DNA from: Candidatus Iainarchaeum sp.
Lineage (GTDB): Archaea > Iainarchaeota > Iainarchaeia > JAGGVJ01
DNA length: 29,641 nt
Direction: 5' to 3'
Assembly (NCBI GenBank): GCA_021158055.1
Contig: JAGGVJ010000011.1
Location: forward strand, 1-29,641
Position numbers and translations under genes: made by a program. Positions 1-9,986 of the stretch are shown in pieces (the first letter of the stretch is position 1; each line of letters opens with the position of its first letter). Below the pieces are notes generated by a model. The model did no database searches, was not told where the DNA came from, and saw only the letters and a program-made list of their open reading frames with translations.

Positions 1-3
1 CTT

Positions 4-11
4 TTTATATA
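4..11 (+). promoter_or_regulatory. Putative TATA box (TTTATATA) for the giant surface protein gene
   Basis: Consensus archaeal TATA about 90 nt upstream of ATG 101; SD-like GGTGA at 90-94. Any BRE would lie outside the window. Confidence 0.4.
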
Positions 12-100
12 GAATGTTACTTTTTGCTTACTATTATTGTTATAATGACATTTTGGAGTAAAATTAACAGTTTTAAAGTAAATTTTAACGGTGAGAGAAT

Positions 101-3100
101 ATGATGAAAATGAAATCTTTTAAAGTAAACAGCTTGTTTTTGGTTTTTATAACATTCATTGCAATACTTGCAGTAGGCCAAGCGCAAGTACTTGACTCAA
201 TGACATACACTGATCAGGAAGGATGCACCGCGAAAGTTGACGTCGGCGACGGGATTTTCAATAACAACGTGTACTGTACAGGTTGTGCGGATCCAAGGGT
301 TGTAATCGAAAAAACCGCGGATCCCGAATCTGTCGCAATGAACCCCAATGTCGAGTTGGATAAAAACACCAAAGTCACAATAACTCTCACCATAAAAAAC
401 TACAGTGGCCTTGCAATCAAGGGAACTGTCTGGGACGCTATAAGCGGAACAAACATTGAACTGGTTGATAACATAGACGGGGACATTTACAGCACAAAAA
501 CAGAAAATTACTTCAAATCAATAGAACCAACTGAAGAAGAACTAGAAACCATCAACACAGTTGTTCCCACTGCAAAAATAACAAAATACCTCCAGACTAT
601 CTATTACAACGAAATAAGCAAATTGTCAGACAAAAAAAATTACATAATGAAAATCAACGCAGTTGATTCAAAAACAAAACTTCCAAACGGGCGATTTGAA
701 ATTATCGACTCAACCACAGAAATGCTTCCCCCGGAAAACACCGGTTATCCGTGGTTTTTCCTTGACAAGCAACTGGAAAGAATGGATGGGATTTCATACA
801 AAGAATACAACTACCTTCTTTCATGGGACATCAACGTCGACAGGTGCGCTCTTGAAACAGACGGAAGTTGCCCTGCCCCGACAATCCACAAAATAGTCTA
901 CACTGTGCGGCCGCTTCAAAGAGGAACCATAAAACTTGGAAGGTCATTCCTTGAATACAAAAACAGCGTAACTGAAAATTTTGACATATCCATTCCTGAC
1001 CTGATAAACCCAATCATAAAAAAACCGGGCGAAACAGAACTGGTCAACTTAACAATCAGCAACTCAAGCCCCGAAGCAATCAGCAACCTTTCAGTCATGA
1101 TGCTTGGAGACCTGGGCTACAGGAACTGGGTAAGCTTTCCCGGACGCGAAAAACTATGCACCAGCACAGAACACGAACCAACCAACGTAAACATGTGGCT
1201 AAACCCTGATGAAACAATAGTCATGCCCGTGAAAATATCTGTTCCGGAAACAGAAACCGAAAAAGCCGCAACAGGATTATACGTGGGATACATCAACGTC
1301 TGCATTACTGACGCTGAAGACGGCCTTGACAATTTCCAGATCGGAAGAAGCCAAAACTGCAAGCACATTCCCCTGGTTGTCATGGTGGAACGGCCGCCGG
1401 AATACGGCGACCCGATAGACCTGGGTTACACAAACCACACGCCAGACGACTGCATGCCATGCTCTGACAGCCTGCTGCCTAAAGAAACATGCAGTATGTG
1501 TTCAGTACAGCAAAAAGTAACTGACGTGCTTGACAAACCAATCAACAGCGCAAACCTTGAAATAAAATACCTTGACGAAAACCTGAATCTGGTAACCGAC
1601 CATTTCACAACCGACTCAGACGGAATTGCGAACGTCACATACCCTTACGGAGAATCACTAAACTGCAGCCACACAGTAAAAGTAAGCAAATCCGACCCGA
1701 TAAACCCGAAAATGAATGAAATAACCGCTCATACCTACAGCAGGCAATGGTTCAACTGCACCCCGACAGACACAATCGTCGGATACAAACCTCTGGAACT
1801 GATAATAGAAGCGCCTTCAATAGTTGCTGCAGTCGGAGCATACAATATGATCGTAACCGCAAACATACCTGTCTTTGACGTGATATACACACAGGCAACA
1901 CGCGCTCTTTACACCACCGTAACCAGGGGAAAAACTTCCCCGCCACTGCCGCCGGAAGACCTCATTGGGGGCCCATTATGCGGAGACGGGAACATAGACG
2001 CGGGTGAAGAATGCGACCCACCGGGAACACTTAGCGGCTGGTACATACAGGGAGACACAACCACATATTACTTATGCGGACAAGACTGCAAATTGCACCC
2101 CCAACAAATAAGCGGAACCTTCAATATCTGCGACCAGCTAAAACAAGCAGCAGACAACTGCAACGAAACCGAAACGCATTACATAAAGGTTTCTGAAGAC
2201 CGTGTCTTAATCAACCCGGAAGAATCGCCGACAATGAGCGCTTACGAACACGTGCAATTAGTCGATGCCAAAGAATGCAAATTAAGCTGTCACATCGCCT
2301 GGCAAACACAAACCGACATGCATCTGCAAAACTCGCCACCACTCTACCAGATACTGGAACTTGAAGAAGAAGTGGACGCTTCTTACGAGGCACAGCCAGG
2401 GGAGTCAATAAGAACATACACCGTGACCAATCCCGAATGCAGGGCACTAAAAGACACTTACCAAGACACGTGTGTCGGAGAACCAAACCGGATACTAGGA
2501 AGGGTACTAAACCTTTCAGGAAGTGGAGGAAGCGGAGGAGGTACAGGAGGGAGTGCATGGAGCAGTCCGGCACCGCGAAGAAGAACAACCGACACCCCCC
2601 GACAGACATTTGATTCGACAGATGACTCAAACAGCCAATGCACATCTGCAAGAGACGGCTGCTGTTACCCCGTAGAGGACGGCATATGCGACCCTGACTG
2701 CGAAGGAATATACGGTTTCTGCGACACCCCTTCCTGCGTAGACACATTCACAACAGAGGCAGAAGCAGAAGCATGTTATAGCGAAGCTGTAAGTACGGTA
2801 AACTGCGCTTCTGACCCCGACTGCACAATGATTTCCTGGAACCCACCAACCATAACTGTTGCAGGAGTAAAAGTAATCAAAATGACAATCAGTGAAACAG
2901 TTGTAGTAGACGACATGCCGTTTGAAAAATCAGTTACGGTAAGTGCACATAACACCGTATCTGACGAAGCCATAGAAATGTGGGCAAGACTAACCATGGT
3001 CTGGGAAACCCCTGCAACAGGCGTCAAGAAATACGTTACACTAAACTCGGGCGGTACCGGCGACGGCAAAATGCAAATCAAACAAGGAATCGGCCTGGTT

Positions 3101-6100
3101 GGAGTCGGACAGGAATTCTCAACAGACTTCCTCCCATACTCTCCAAACAACAGTGAATTCGATGGGGAAAACAACCTGCCGACAACTGTGTATCTTACTT
3201 CAGAAGTATTTGAAGGGACATGCAACCCGGCACAACCGGAAACCCTGACAAACTGCTACAAAGGAACAAGACTCAAAATCGACACATCTGAAGAAAACGG
3301 GCTTGGACTGGGCACCCCAAGAGACGTATACTACGGGACGCTTGGAAAAGTAGAAGCGCCAATAGTCATAACCAAACCAGCCCTTCTCAACATATCTTTT
3401 GTTGAAGACATGGATGGGGACGGAGCAAACGACATCATCACCCAAGTCAACAGAGGTGAAATAATAGATGTCGGCGTCAAGGTAACCAACGAAGGAGGCA
3501 TGCCTGCAAGAAACGCATACGTGCAGCTATCCAACAAATGCATGGAAAACATCACTCCTATAACCCTTGAAGACGGTGAATGCCTCGGAACCTGTTCCCC
3601 GTTAGAAACAACCACCACCACTTGGAAAAACATCACTAAAAACTCTGAAAAACTTGAACTGGCACCTGGACAACCGTCAAGAATGGACTTCGGGACACTT
3701 GCACCGACCCAGACAGGAACAGCAGTGTTTTCAATGAAAATAAAGAAAGGAGCAGACCTGCAATACGTTTACCAGTGCTTTGAAACAAACGCTGAAAACA
3801 CGGCGCTTGGCAACCTCTACCAGTCAACCAGCACACCGCACAACATATACCTGAGGAACATCAAAGCAGGAAGCTACAGCATCTTTGTATCCCCAAGAAC
3901 CTTCGTGGCAGGAAACCTGGACATATCATACGGAAGCTCATACGTAAGCGCGCCTTTCATGATAAGCAACACAACCACGGCTTACATGAAAGACCTGACA
4001 GCAACATGCGAGGGAACAATATGTGACAACGGGATACTATCCATAAACGGACACTACTTCACGGCAGACACCTCCACACTTGTGGTGGGGAACATTGCAG
4101 GCGGAGGAACTGCACCACTGCACATAGGACTAAGGGCGACAACGTCAACAACACCCGGACTTTACTCCGGAACACTAACCCTTATCGGTCACCTGAACAC
4201 CGGGGAAAACATATTTGCCGGAATCACCATTGAAAAAAACAAAAACGGAATAATTGAATTCAAAGGAACTTCAGGAAAACCAATCAAAGAAAACACGCTG
4301 GACTTCTCTGCCGCAAAAACAGGCCTTAAAGAACAATCAATTGAATTTGTGGGGCTTGCGGGCGCAGACGAAACAATAAACTTTGAAGGCGACGAAAACA
4401 TTTTGGGAATCACTGAATTCGAAGTCACAAACGCAATAGAATTCAGCATAAAAAACCCAAACACGGGACAAGACCTAAACTCCATTGAAATAGTGGCGCC
4501 AATCCTGAAAGAAACCTCTTTCCCCATAACAGTGAAAAACAAAAACTCAAGCACTTTGCCGCTGAACTTAAAAACAAGCAATACCCGCATAATCTTCTTC
4601 AAAGATGCAGACGGCAACATAATTACAGGCATTTCACTGGCAGCTTCAGCTGAACAAACCGTTAACCTGGTAATAAAACCACCTTACGGCGCAAGATCAA
4701 TGAAATACCTGTACTATGCGGTAATTGAAAAACAGGGAGCCAGTGACACAAAAATAAACCTGCCGGTCTTCATCAATGTCCCTGTGGACATTGACATAAT
4801 ACCGGTGAAATTAACAAGAAACCTGCAAAGAGGAGACAAGTCATGTTCAATGCCACCGGAAAGCGACGCCACAGGGGAATGCACCCAGGAAGACGCGAAC
4901 ATCATAACCATGATAAACTATTCAAGGTGGCCGACAATGTCACTGATGAACTACGACTCTAACTGGATCCAGACAAACAAAAGTGAAAACCTGATCACAC
5001 TGGACGGTTACGATTCAGACATACTTGACTTCAACATAACAACCCCAACAAACATACCTCCTGGAGGATACGCAAAAAGAATCGAAATGAGTTCAGGCGG
5101 AAAAAGCAAAAATGCCCTGATATACATAAACGTGCCTGACGACACAAAAATATTCAGGGAAACTGATCAGGGAGACGAGTCGCTAAGAGCAATCATAAGG
5201 GCAACTTTTGAAAACACAACTGTTTCAGAAACAGTCAAAGTCGTGTCAGCAATAGAGCAAGCTGCAGACATTGCCTACTCAGGAATCGGAACCAACCCGG
5301 TTCCGGCTGAATGGGTACAGGTAAGCCAAAACATTCTGGCATTCACAGGCAGCTGCAGCAACTTCTCGTGCAGTGACACTTTTGATATCAGCATCAGCGT
5401 GCCTGAAGGGCAGCCACCGGCAACATACACCGGGCTCATAACCATAAACGCAAACAACAACATAAGCAGGGTATACATCACATTAATCGTGATGCCAAAA
5501 CCAATGCCTGTTACATACGAAGCATACGATTCGGACACAGGAGCAACGCAAAACCAAAGCATAACTGCGCCTGTTCACATCACATACAACGTAGAACCGG
5601 ACACGTGCGGAAACGGGCAGTGTGACGATACGGAAACGCCGACAAGCTGTCCAGGCGACTGCGGAAGCACCGGAGGGACAAGCTGCGGAAACGAAACATG
5701 TGAACCGGGACTTGGAGAAACAGCAAGCACCTGTTCTTACGATTGCACAACTGTCGCTGAAAACACTTGCGGTGACGGATACTGCGCAAGCCCTGAAACA
5801 GACATAAACTGTCCAAGCGACTGCGGAAGCACCGGAGGAACAGCATGTGGAGACAGCATCTGCGGACCCGGTGAAAACAATGACAACTGCAACGTGGACT
5901 GTATCGACGCAACTGACGAAAACGTTGTTGCAAACCCAATAATTGTCCGCACGACACCAAACTATTACGCGGCACAAATATATGACGGGACAAACGACTA
6001 TACAACCATAGACATTGCAAACAACTCACCGGCAGACAATGTAAGCTTCAAGATAACCTATGAAGAGCACAGCCAAGGGCTGCCAAGGTCATGGCTGAGG

Positions 6101-9100
6101 GCAAAAAGGGGAACAGGCGCTGAATACTTTGACATAACTGAAAGCTATTCAGACGAATTCACCTTGCTTGCGAAAAACGAAACCAACATTCCAAACGAGT
6201 CTGCAGACAAAGTAAACGAGACAAGCGTTACGATAGACATTGACGTTCCGCCGCTGACCCAGCCAGGAATTTACTCCGGAAAATTCATAATATCATCAGA
6301 GGTCTGGAGCGGGGAAACCCAGGGAGAAGGAGTGATAGTCTTTTACAACCAGGACATATTCCCATTGCTTATCAAAGTGCCGGAAAGAATCATTGTTTCC
6401 AGAAACCAGATAAACCTCACAGTACCCGACGGCACAACAAGTTCAGCAGCATCCTTTTCGATAACAAACCTCGGAGGAAAAGTCGACCTCGAAAATGTCA
6501 CAATCACAGCTGACAAAATAGGTCAAAACGCAATAGAACCGGACTGGGTCACCTTTACCCAAAACGATTTCACAGTATACAGCGGGGGAGGCACAGAAAC
6601 AGTTACCATGACTGTAACCGTACCTGAAGGGAAACCGTTCGGGGTAGCGACAGGAATGCTGAAAATAACCGGAACACTTGCCACTGCAAATGACTACAAA
6701 AACTACATAATGGTCTTCGTATCAATCCCGAAAAGACTTGCGGTTTCCTGTTCAACGTCTTCAGCTGTCAGCAGCTGTTCCACCCGCGGGATAAATGTTA
6801 ACGTACCGTCCAGCTATGTCGGAACCGGCGGTTCCGTGCCTGTCAATTTCACCGTAAGCAACACCAGACCTGGTTCAGGGATAACTGTGGGCTCAAGGTA
6901 CAGTGAAACAGGAGACGGGTTCTGGGACGATGAAAACATTTACATAGGAAGCCAGAACCAGTCAGAAGGTCCGTTTGTGACTCCTTCGCCGGTAAACCCA
7001 CAAGGCAGCCAGACTGTCCAGATGAACATAAGCATACCTGTAGGAATACCCCCAGGAACATACACAGGAAAAATAAGCTTCGAGTACCAGATGGAAAAAA
7101 TAACATTCCCGATAAAAATCTCTGTCCCGTTCGAATACAACTTCAGCTTTAACCAGACCGAAACAGAAGTATTTGACGGAACACCCACAAACATCGGCAC
7201 AATAACAACAGACGTCATCAACCAGGACACAAGCGCGATAGTTACAGTGACACAAAGGGGAAGTTCCCCGGTGTCACCGTTCTGGTTCAGAATTGGAGAA
7301 CCTGTCAAATGGCTTGTTTACGAGGGAGACAACACGCTGACTACAGACGTAAACATTACCGTGCCTGCCACAAACAGGACAACAACCAGGGCTTACTCCG
7401 GGTACATAGCAGTCGTGTTCACGGCAACCGCTACATACGACAGGATACCCTTCACAATAACCGTGAAAAACTCAATAAGCCCTGACCCGTCAAGCATAAG
7501 CCTTATTGTCGGAGACGGCGGTTCAATAACCACCGCAATCGGACTGAAAAACGAAAGCCCGAACGAATTTAACGTGTTCAACAGCGAATTTGTTGAATTC
7601 AGCCCGATCGGAGCAAGGACAATAAACACCGACTGGCTGATTTCCCAGCCCGCCAACAATGCATACTCTGTGTCAGGAGGGGATACTGACAGTGAAAACT
7701 ACACCTTTGAAGTTCCATTGTCAGACAGCATGAACTACGACTACTATGACTACTCCGGAACATACACTGGAAACGTGTACATCCGGGGAACAATAGAGAG
7801 CCAGGCATATTACTACAACGTGCCTGTAAGCATAAACATCCCAAAAAGCATGGAAGTAAGCCCGGGTTCACAGAGCATAAGCGGAAAATACGACGGTGAA
7901 ACAGCATCATTCAGCCCGTTTGTCATCAAAAACAGGTCTGCCGTAGCAATTGAAAACCTCAGCTACAATGTTCTGGAAACAGGGTTAAACCCGATTTCGG
8001 ACAGCTGGGTTTCAGGCTCTTTCGACGCAATAGCCATACCGGCTTGTGCCGACCAGTCAAACTGCAGCACAACCGACCTGAACCTGGACGTAACCCTTGC
8101 CGTGGACACTCCGCCCGGAACCTACACTGCCGACATCGTAATAAGCGGAGACAAAACAAAAGGCAGTGAAACAAAAACCGTGCTCTCAAAAGTCAGCATT
8201 GCAGTACAGGTTCTTGACAGGTTTGCAATCAAAAACAACCAGTCATCCATACTGCTGGTGACCCCGCCGGGAACAGGAGACAGCCTTGACTGCGAAGGAG
8301 TTCTCATACCAAAAGACACCGGATATCTAGACTGCAATCCTGAACTAAGCTGCGGAGACTCGGGATTCAACGACGACTGCAACCCGTGGGGTGAAGAAGC
8401 AGTAAGCTCGTTCACAGTGCAAAACCTCGGAAGTGATATAACACTGACCTGCACGCTTAACAAACAGCAAACCGGAACAATGCCTGCTGAAACAAGCTGG
8501 CTGACACTTGAAGTAGACGGCGTTGAAGTAACAAGTTCATTTACAGTATCCCCGACAAGTGAAAAAATAATCAACGTGAAAGCACAGGTGCCGCAGATAC
8601 CAAAAGGCGCTTACACTGCATCAGTTACAACAAGCTGCTGGGGGGGAGCCGACCCGATCAAAGCAAGGAACAAGACAGTGAACGTAACAATGAGCACTCC
8701 TCTTGCGTGGGGCATAAGCCCGCCGGAAAGTAACTGGACGCTAAGCACTTTCAGCTATGATTACCCGAACATGAATGAAGGAGACCCGTTGTACCTGGCA
8801 TTCACAGCGCAGTCAGTAAATGAAGCAACAGGCGTAACAGTAAGCATCGCCAACCCCTCAAGCGGCGCGTCTGCAAAAGACTGGCTGTCGCTTGACAGGA
8901 GTGTCCTGATAATTCCGAAAGGCGGTTCTGACACAGTCAGCGTGACCGGAAACGCGCCGATCGGGGCAAGCGGGGACTACTCTGCAGTGATCCAGTTTAA
9001 AACAACGCTAACAAACGAAATAAAAACCAGAACCATAAACTTCACAGTTGGAGCATCGCTTGAACTCACTTCAAGCGCGATAACGGCAAACACAACTGAA

Positions 9101-9811
9101 GGCGTTGAAACAGTGCTGACTGACGGATTCGGAGTAATCAACGGAACAACCGGAACATTCCACACCGTGACTTACTCGGTACTCGGTGCAAGCGGTGAAG
9201 GAACACTGCCAGTACAACCGGCATGGTTCGCTTTCTCCGAAGGGACAAGCGGATGGAACGGGACAAACGGCATTGACGGTGGAAACACCGGACTTGTCAA
9301 TGTGTCAATCACGCCAACATCCGGAACAACACCAGGAACATACACAGGAGACATTACAGTGACAACCAAAAGGGACATCACCGTAAACAGCGTCACGACC
9401 ACAATCACGCAGTCAAAAACAATACCTGTGACCATAACTGTCGGAAACACCCTCTCGCTTGACAAGACCTCGGTAATCAAATCTGTTGACGAAGGAACAA
9501 GCGGAACAGAAGTGATAACTGTGACAAACAACAGCACGGTTTCAGGCGTGAACATAGAAAGTGTGGATGTGTCCGGAACATGGCAGGCAAAAGGCGAATG
9601 GGTAACGGTGACACCTGCAACCCCGCAGGCAATTGCCGCAGGAACAAATACGGCGTTTACCATAACCGTGTCAGTTCCAACCCCTGGATCGTCTGGTGAC
9701 TACGCCGGAGAATACACGGGAACTGTTACCTTTGTTTCAGACAAGGGCGAATCAAAAACCGTGGACCTGATAGTAAGGGTCAATACAAGCGTTGTTATTG
9801 ACGTCTGCTAA
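101..9811 (+). CDS. Giant secreted multidomain surface protein/adhesin (DUF11/CARDB-like, BACON-like Ig repeats, Cys-rich repeats)
   Basis: 3236-aa ORF. Sec signal (MKSFK + hydrophobic + GQA/Q); DUF11-like IEKTADP..VTITLTIKN; CGDGNIDAGEECD; DGICDPDC..DPDC; DMDGDG; CARDB-like VGVKVTNEGG; about 14 repeats of W..PGxYxGxIxI; Thr/Ser-rich with many NxS/T sequons. Confidence 0.85.
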   Translation: MMKMKSFKVNSLFLVFITFIAILAVGQAQVLDSMTYTDQEGCTAKVDVGDGIFNNNVYCTGCADPRVVIEKTADPESVAMNPNVELDKNTKVTITLTIKNYSGLAIKGTVWDAISGTNIELVDNIDGDIYSTKTENYFKSIEPTEEELETINTVVPTAKITKYLQTIYYNEISKLSDKKNYIMKINAVDSKTKLPNGRFEIIDSTTEMLPPENTGYPWFFLDKQLERMDGISYKEYNYLLSWDINVDRCALETDGSCPAPTIHKIVYTVRPLQRGTIKLGRSFLEYKNSVTENFDISIPDLINPIIKKPGETELVNLTISNSSPEAISNLSVMMLGDLGYRNWVSFPGREKLCTSTEHEPTNVNMWLNPDETIVMPVKISVPETETEKAATGLYVGYINVCITDAEDGLDNFQIGRSQNCKHIPLVVMVERPPEYGDPIDLGYTNHTPDDCMPCSDSLLPKETCSMCSVQQKVTDVLDKPINSANLEIKYLDENLNLVTDHFTTDSDGIANVTYPYGESLNCSHTVKVSKSDPINPKMNEITAHTYSRQWFNCTPTDTIVGYKPLELIIEAPSIVAAVGAYNMIVTANIPVFDVIYTQATRALYTTVTRGKTSPPLPPEDLIGGPLCGDGNIDAGEECDPPGTLSGWYIQGDTTTYYLCGQDCKLHPQQISGTFNICDQLKQAADNCNETETHYIKVSEDRVLINPEESPTMSAYEHVQLVDAKECKLSCHIAWQTQTDMHLQNSPPLYQILELEEEVDASYEAQPGESIRTYTVTNPECRALKDTYQDTCVGEPNRILGRVLNLSGSGGSGGGTGGSAWSSPAPRRRTTDTPRQTFDSTDDSNSQCTSARDGCCYPVEDGICDPDCEGIYGFCDTPSCVDTFTTEAEAEACYSEAVSTVNCASDPDCTMISWNPPTITVAGVKVIKMTISETVVVDDMPFEKSVTVSAHNTVSDEAIEMWARLTMVWETPATGVKKYVTLNSGGTGDGKMQIKQGIGLVGVGQEFSTDFLPYSPNNSEFDGENNLPTTVYLTSEVFEGTCNPAQPETLTNCYKGTRLKIDTSEENGLGLGTPRDVYYGTLGKVEAPIVITKPALLNISFVEDMDGDGANDIITQVNRGEIIDVGVKVTNEGGMPARNAYVQLSNKCMENITPITLEDGECLGTCSPLETTTTTWKNITKNSEKLELAPGQPSRMDFGTLAPTQTGTAVFSMKIKKGADLQYVYQCFETNAENTALGNLYQSTSTPHNIYLRNIKAGSYSIFVSPRTFVAGNLDISYGSSYVSAPFMISNTTTAYMKDLTATCEGTICDNGILSINGHYFTADTSTLVVGNIAGGGTAPLHIGLRATTSTTPGLYSGTLTLIGHLNTGENIFAGITIEKNKNGIIEFKGTSGKPIKENTLDFSAAKTGLKEQSIEFVGLAGADETINFEGDENILGITEFEVTNAIEFSIKNPNTGQDLNSIEIVAPILKETSFPITVKNKNSSTLPLNLKTSNTRIIFFKDADGNIITGISLAASAEQTVNLVIKPPYGARSMKYLYYAVIEKQGASDTKINLPVFINVPVDIDIIPVKLTRNLQRGDKSCSMPPESDATGECTQEDANIITMINYSRWPTMSLMNYDSNWIQTNKSENLITLDGYDSDILDFNITTPTNIPPGGYAKRIEMSSGGKSKNALIYINVPDDTKIFRETDQGDESLRAIIRATFENTTVSETVKVVSAIEQAADIAYSGIGTNPVPAEWVQVSQNILAFTGSCSNFSCSDTFDISISVPEGQPPATYTGLITINANNNISRVYITLIVMPKPMPVTYEAYDSDTGATQNQSITAPVHITYNVEPDTCGNGQCDDTETPTSCPGDCGSTGGTSCGNETCEPGLGETASTCSYDCTTVAENTCGDGYCASPETDINCPSDCGSTGGTACGDSICGPGENNDNCNVDCIDATDENVVANPIIVRTTPNYYAAQIYDGTNDYTTIDIANNSPADNVSFKITYEEHSQGLPRSWLRAKRGTGAEYFDITESYSDEFTLLAKNETNIPNESADKVNETSVTIDIDVPPLTQPGIYSGKFIISSEVWSGETQGEGVIVFYNQDIFPLLIKVPERIIVSRNQINLTVPDGTTSSAASFSITNLGGKVDLENVTITADKIGQNAIEPDWVTFTQNDFTVYSGGGTETVTMTVTVPEGKPFGVATGMLKITGTLATANDYKNYIMVFVSIPKRLAVSCSTSSAVSSCSTRGINVNVPSSYVGTGGSVPVNFTVSNTRPGSGITVGSRYSETGDGFWDDENIYIGSQNQSEGPFVTPSPVNPQGSQTVQMNISIPVGIPPGTYTGKISFEYQMEKITFPIKISVPFEYNFSFNQTETEVFDGTPTNIGTITTDVINQDTSAIVTVTQRGSSPVSPFWFRIGEPVKWLVYEGDNTLTTDVNITVPATNRTTTRAYSGYIAVVFTATATYDRIPFTITVKNSISPDPSSISLIVGDGGSITTAIGLKNESPNEFNVFNSEFVEFSPIGARTINTDWLISQPANNAYSVSGGDTDSENYTFEVPLSDSMNYDYYDYSGTYTGNVYIRGTIESQAYYYNVPVSINIPKSMEVSPGSQSISGKYDGETASFSPFVIKNRSAVAIENLSYNVLETGLNPISDSWVSGSFDAIAIPACADQSNCSTTDLNLDVTLAVDTPPGTYTADIVISGDKTKGSETKTVLSKVSIAVQVLDRFAIKNNQSSILLVTPPGTGDSLDCEGVLIPKDTGYLDCNPELSCGDSGFNDDCNPWGEEAVSSFTVQNLGSDITLTCTLNKQQTGTMPAETSWLTLEVDGVEVTSSFTVSPTSEKIINVKAQVPQIPKGAYTASVTTSCWGGADPIKARNKTVNVTMSTPLAWGISPPESNWTLSTFSYDYPNMNEGDPLYLAFTAQSVNEATGVTVSIANPSSGASAKDWLSLDRSVLIIPKGGSDTVSVTGNAPIGASGDYSAVIQFKTTLTNEIKTRTINFTVGASLELTSSAITANTTEGVETVLTDGFGVINGTTGTFHTVTYSVLGASGEGTLPVQPAWFAFSEGTSGWNGTNGIDGGNTGLVNVSITPTSGTTPGTYTGDITVTTKRDITVNSVTTTITQSKTIPVTITVGNTLSLDKTSVIKSVDEGTSGTEVITVTNNSTVSGVNIESVDVSGTWQAKGEWVTVTPATPQAIAAGTNTAFTITVSVPTPGSSGDYAGEYTGTVTFVSDKGESKTVDLIVRVNTSVVIDVC
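5606..5902 (+). repeat. Four intragenic Cys-rich repeats CG[ND]xxC...ExxxxCxxDC
   Basis: CGNGQCDDTETPTSCPGDC, CGNETCEPGLGETASTCSYDC, CGDGYCASPETDINCPSDC, CGDSICGPGENNDNCNVDC; identical DNA GCGACTGCGGAAGCACCGGAGG at 5655 and 5817 (162-nt period). Confidence 0.9.
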
Positions 9812-9836
9812 GGCAGGGTTCCGCAAACCAGGATTA

Positions 9837-9873
9837 AAGAAGGGAACTTGTTTCCCTTCTTCTCTTTATTTTT
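9837..9873 (+). terminator. Hairpin + T-rich terminator after the giant gene
   Basis: AAGAAGGGAA-cttgt-TTCCCTTCTT, a perfect 10-bp stem, followed by CTCTTTATTTTT. Confidence 0.7.
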
Positions 9874-9940
9874 AACACTCTAAAAATATTTCTGAGACCC
9901 TGAAAAAATCAAATTCCGCAACGCAAAAACACTAGTATGA

Positions 9941-9948
9941 TTTAAATA
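9941..9948 (+). promoter_or_regulatory. Putative TATA box (TTTAAATA) for smc
   Basis: Consensus box about 40 nt upstream of the smc ATG. Confidence 0.5.
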
Positions 9949-9986
9949 CAAAAAAACTCTTTCTTTTAATGTAAAAAAGTGATTTC

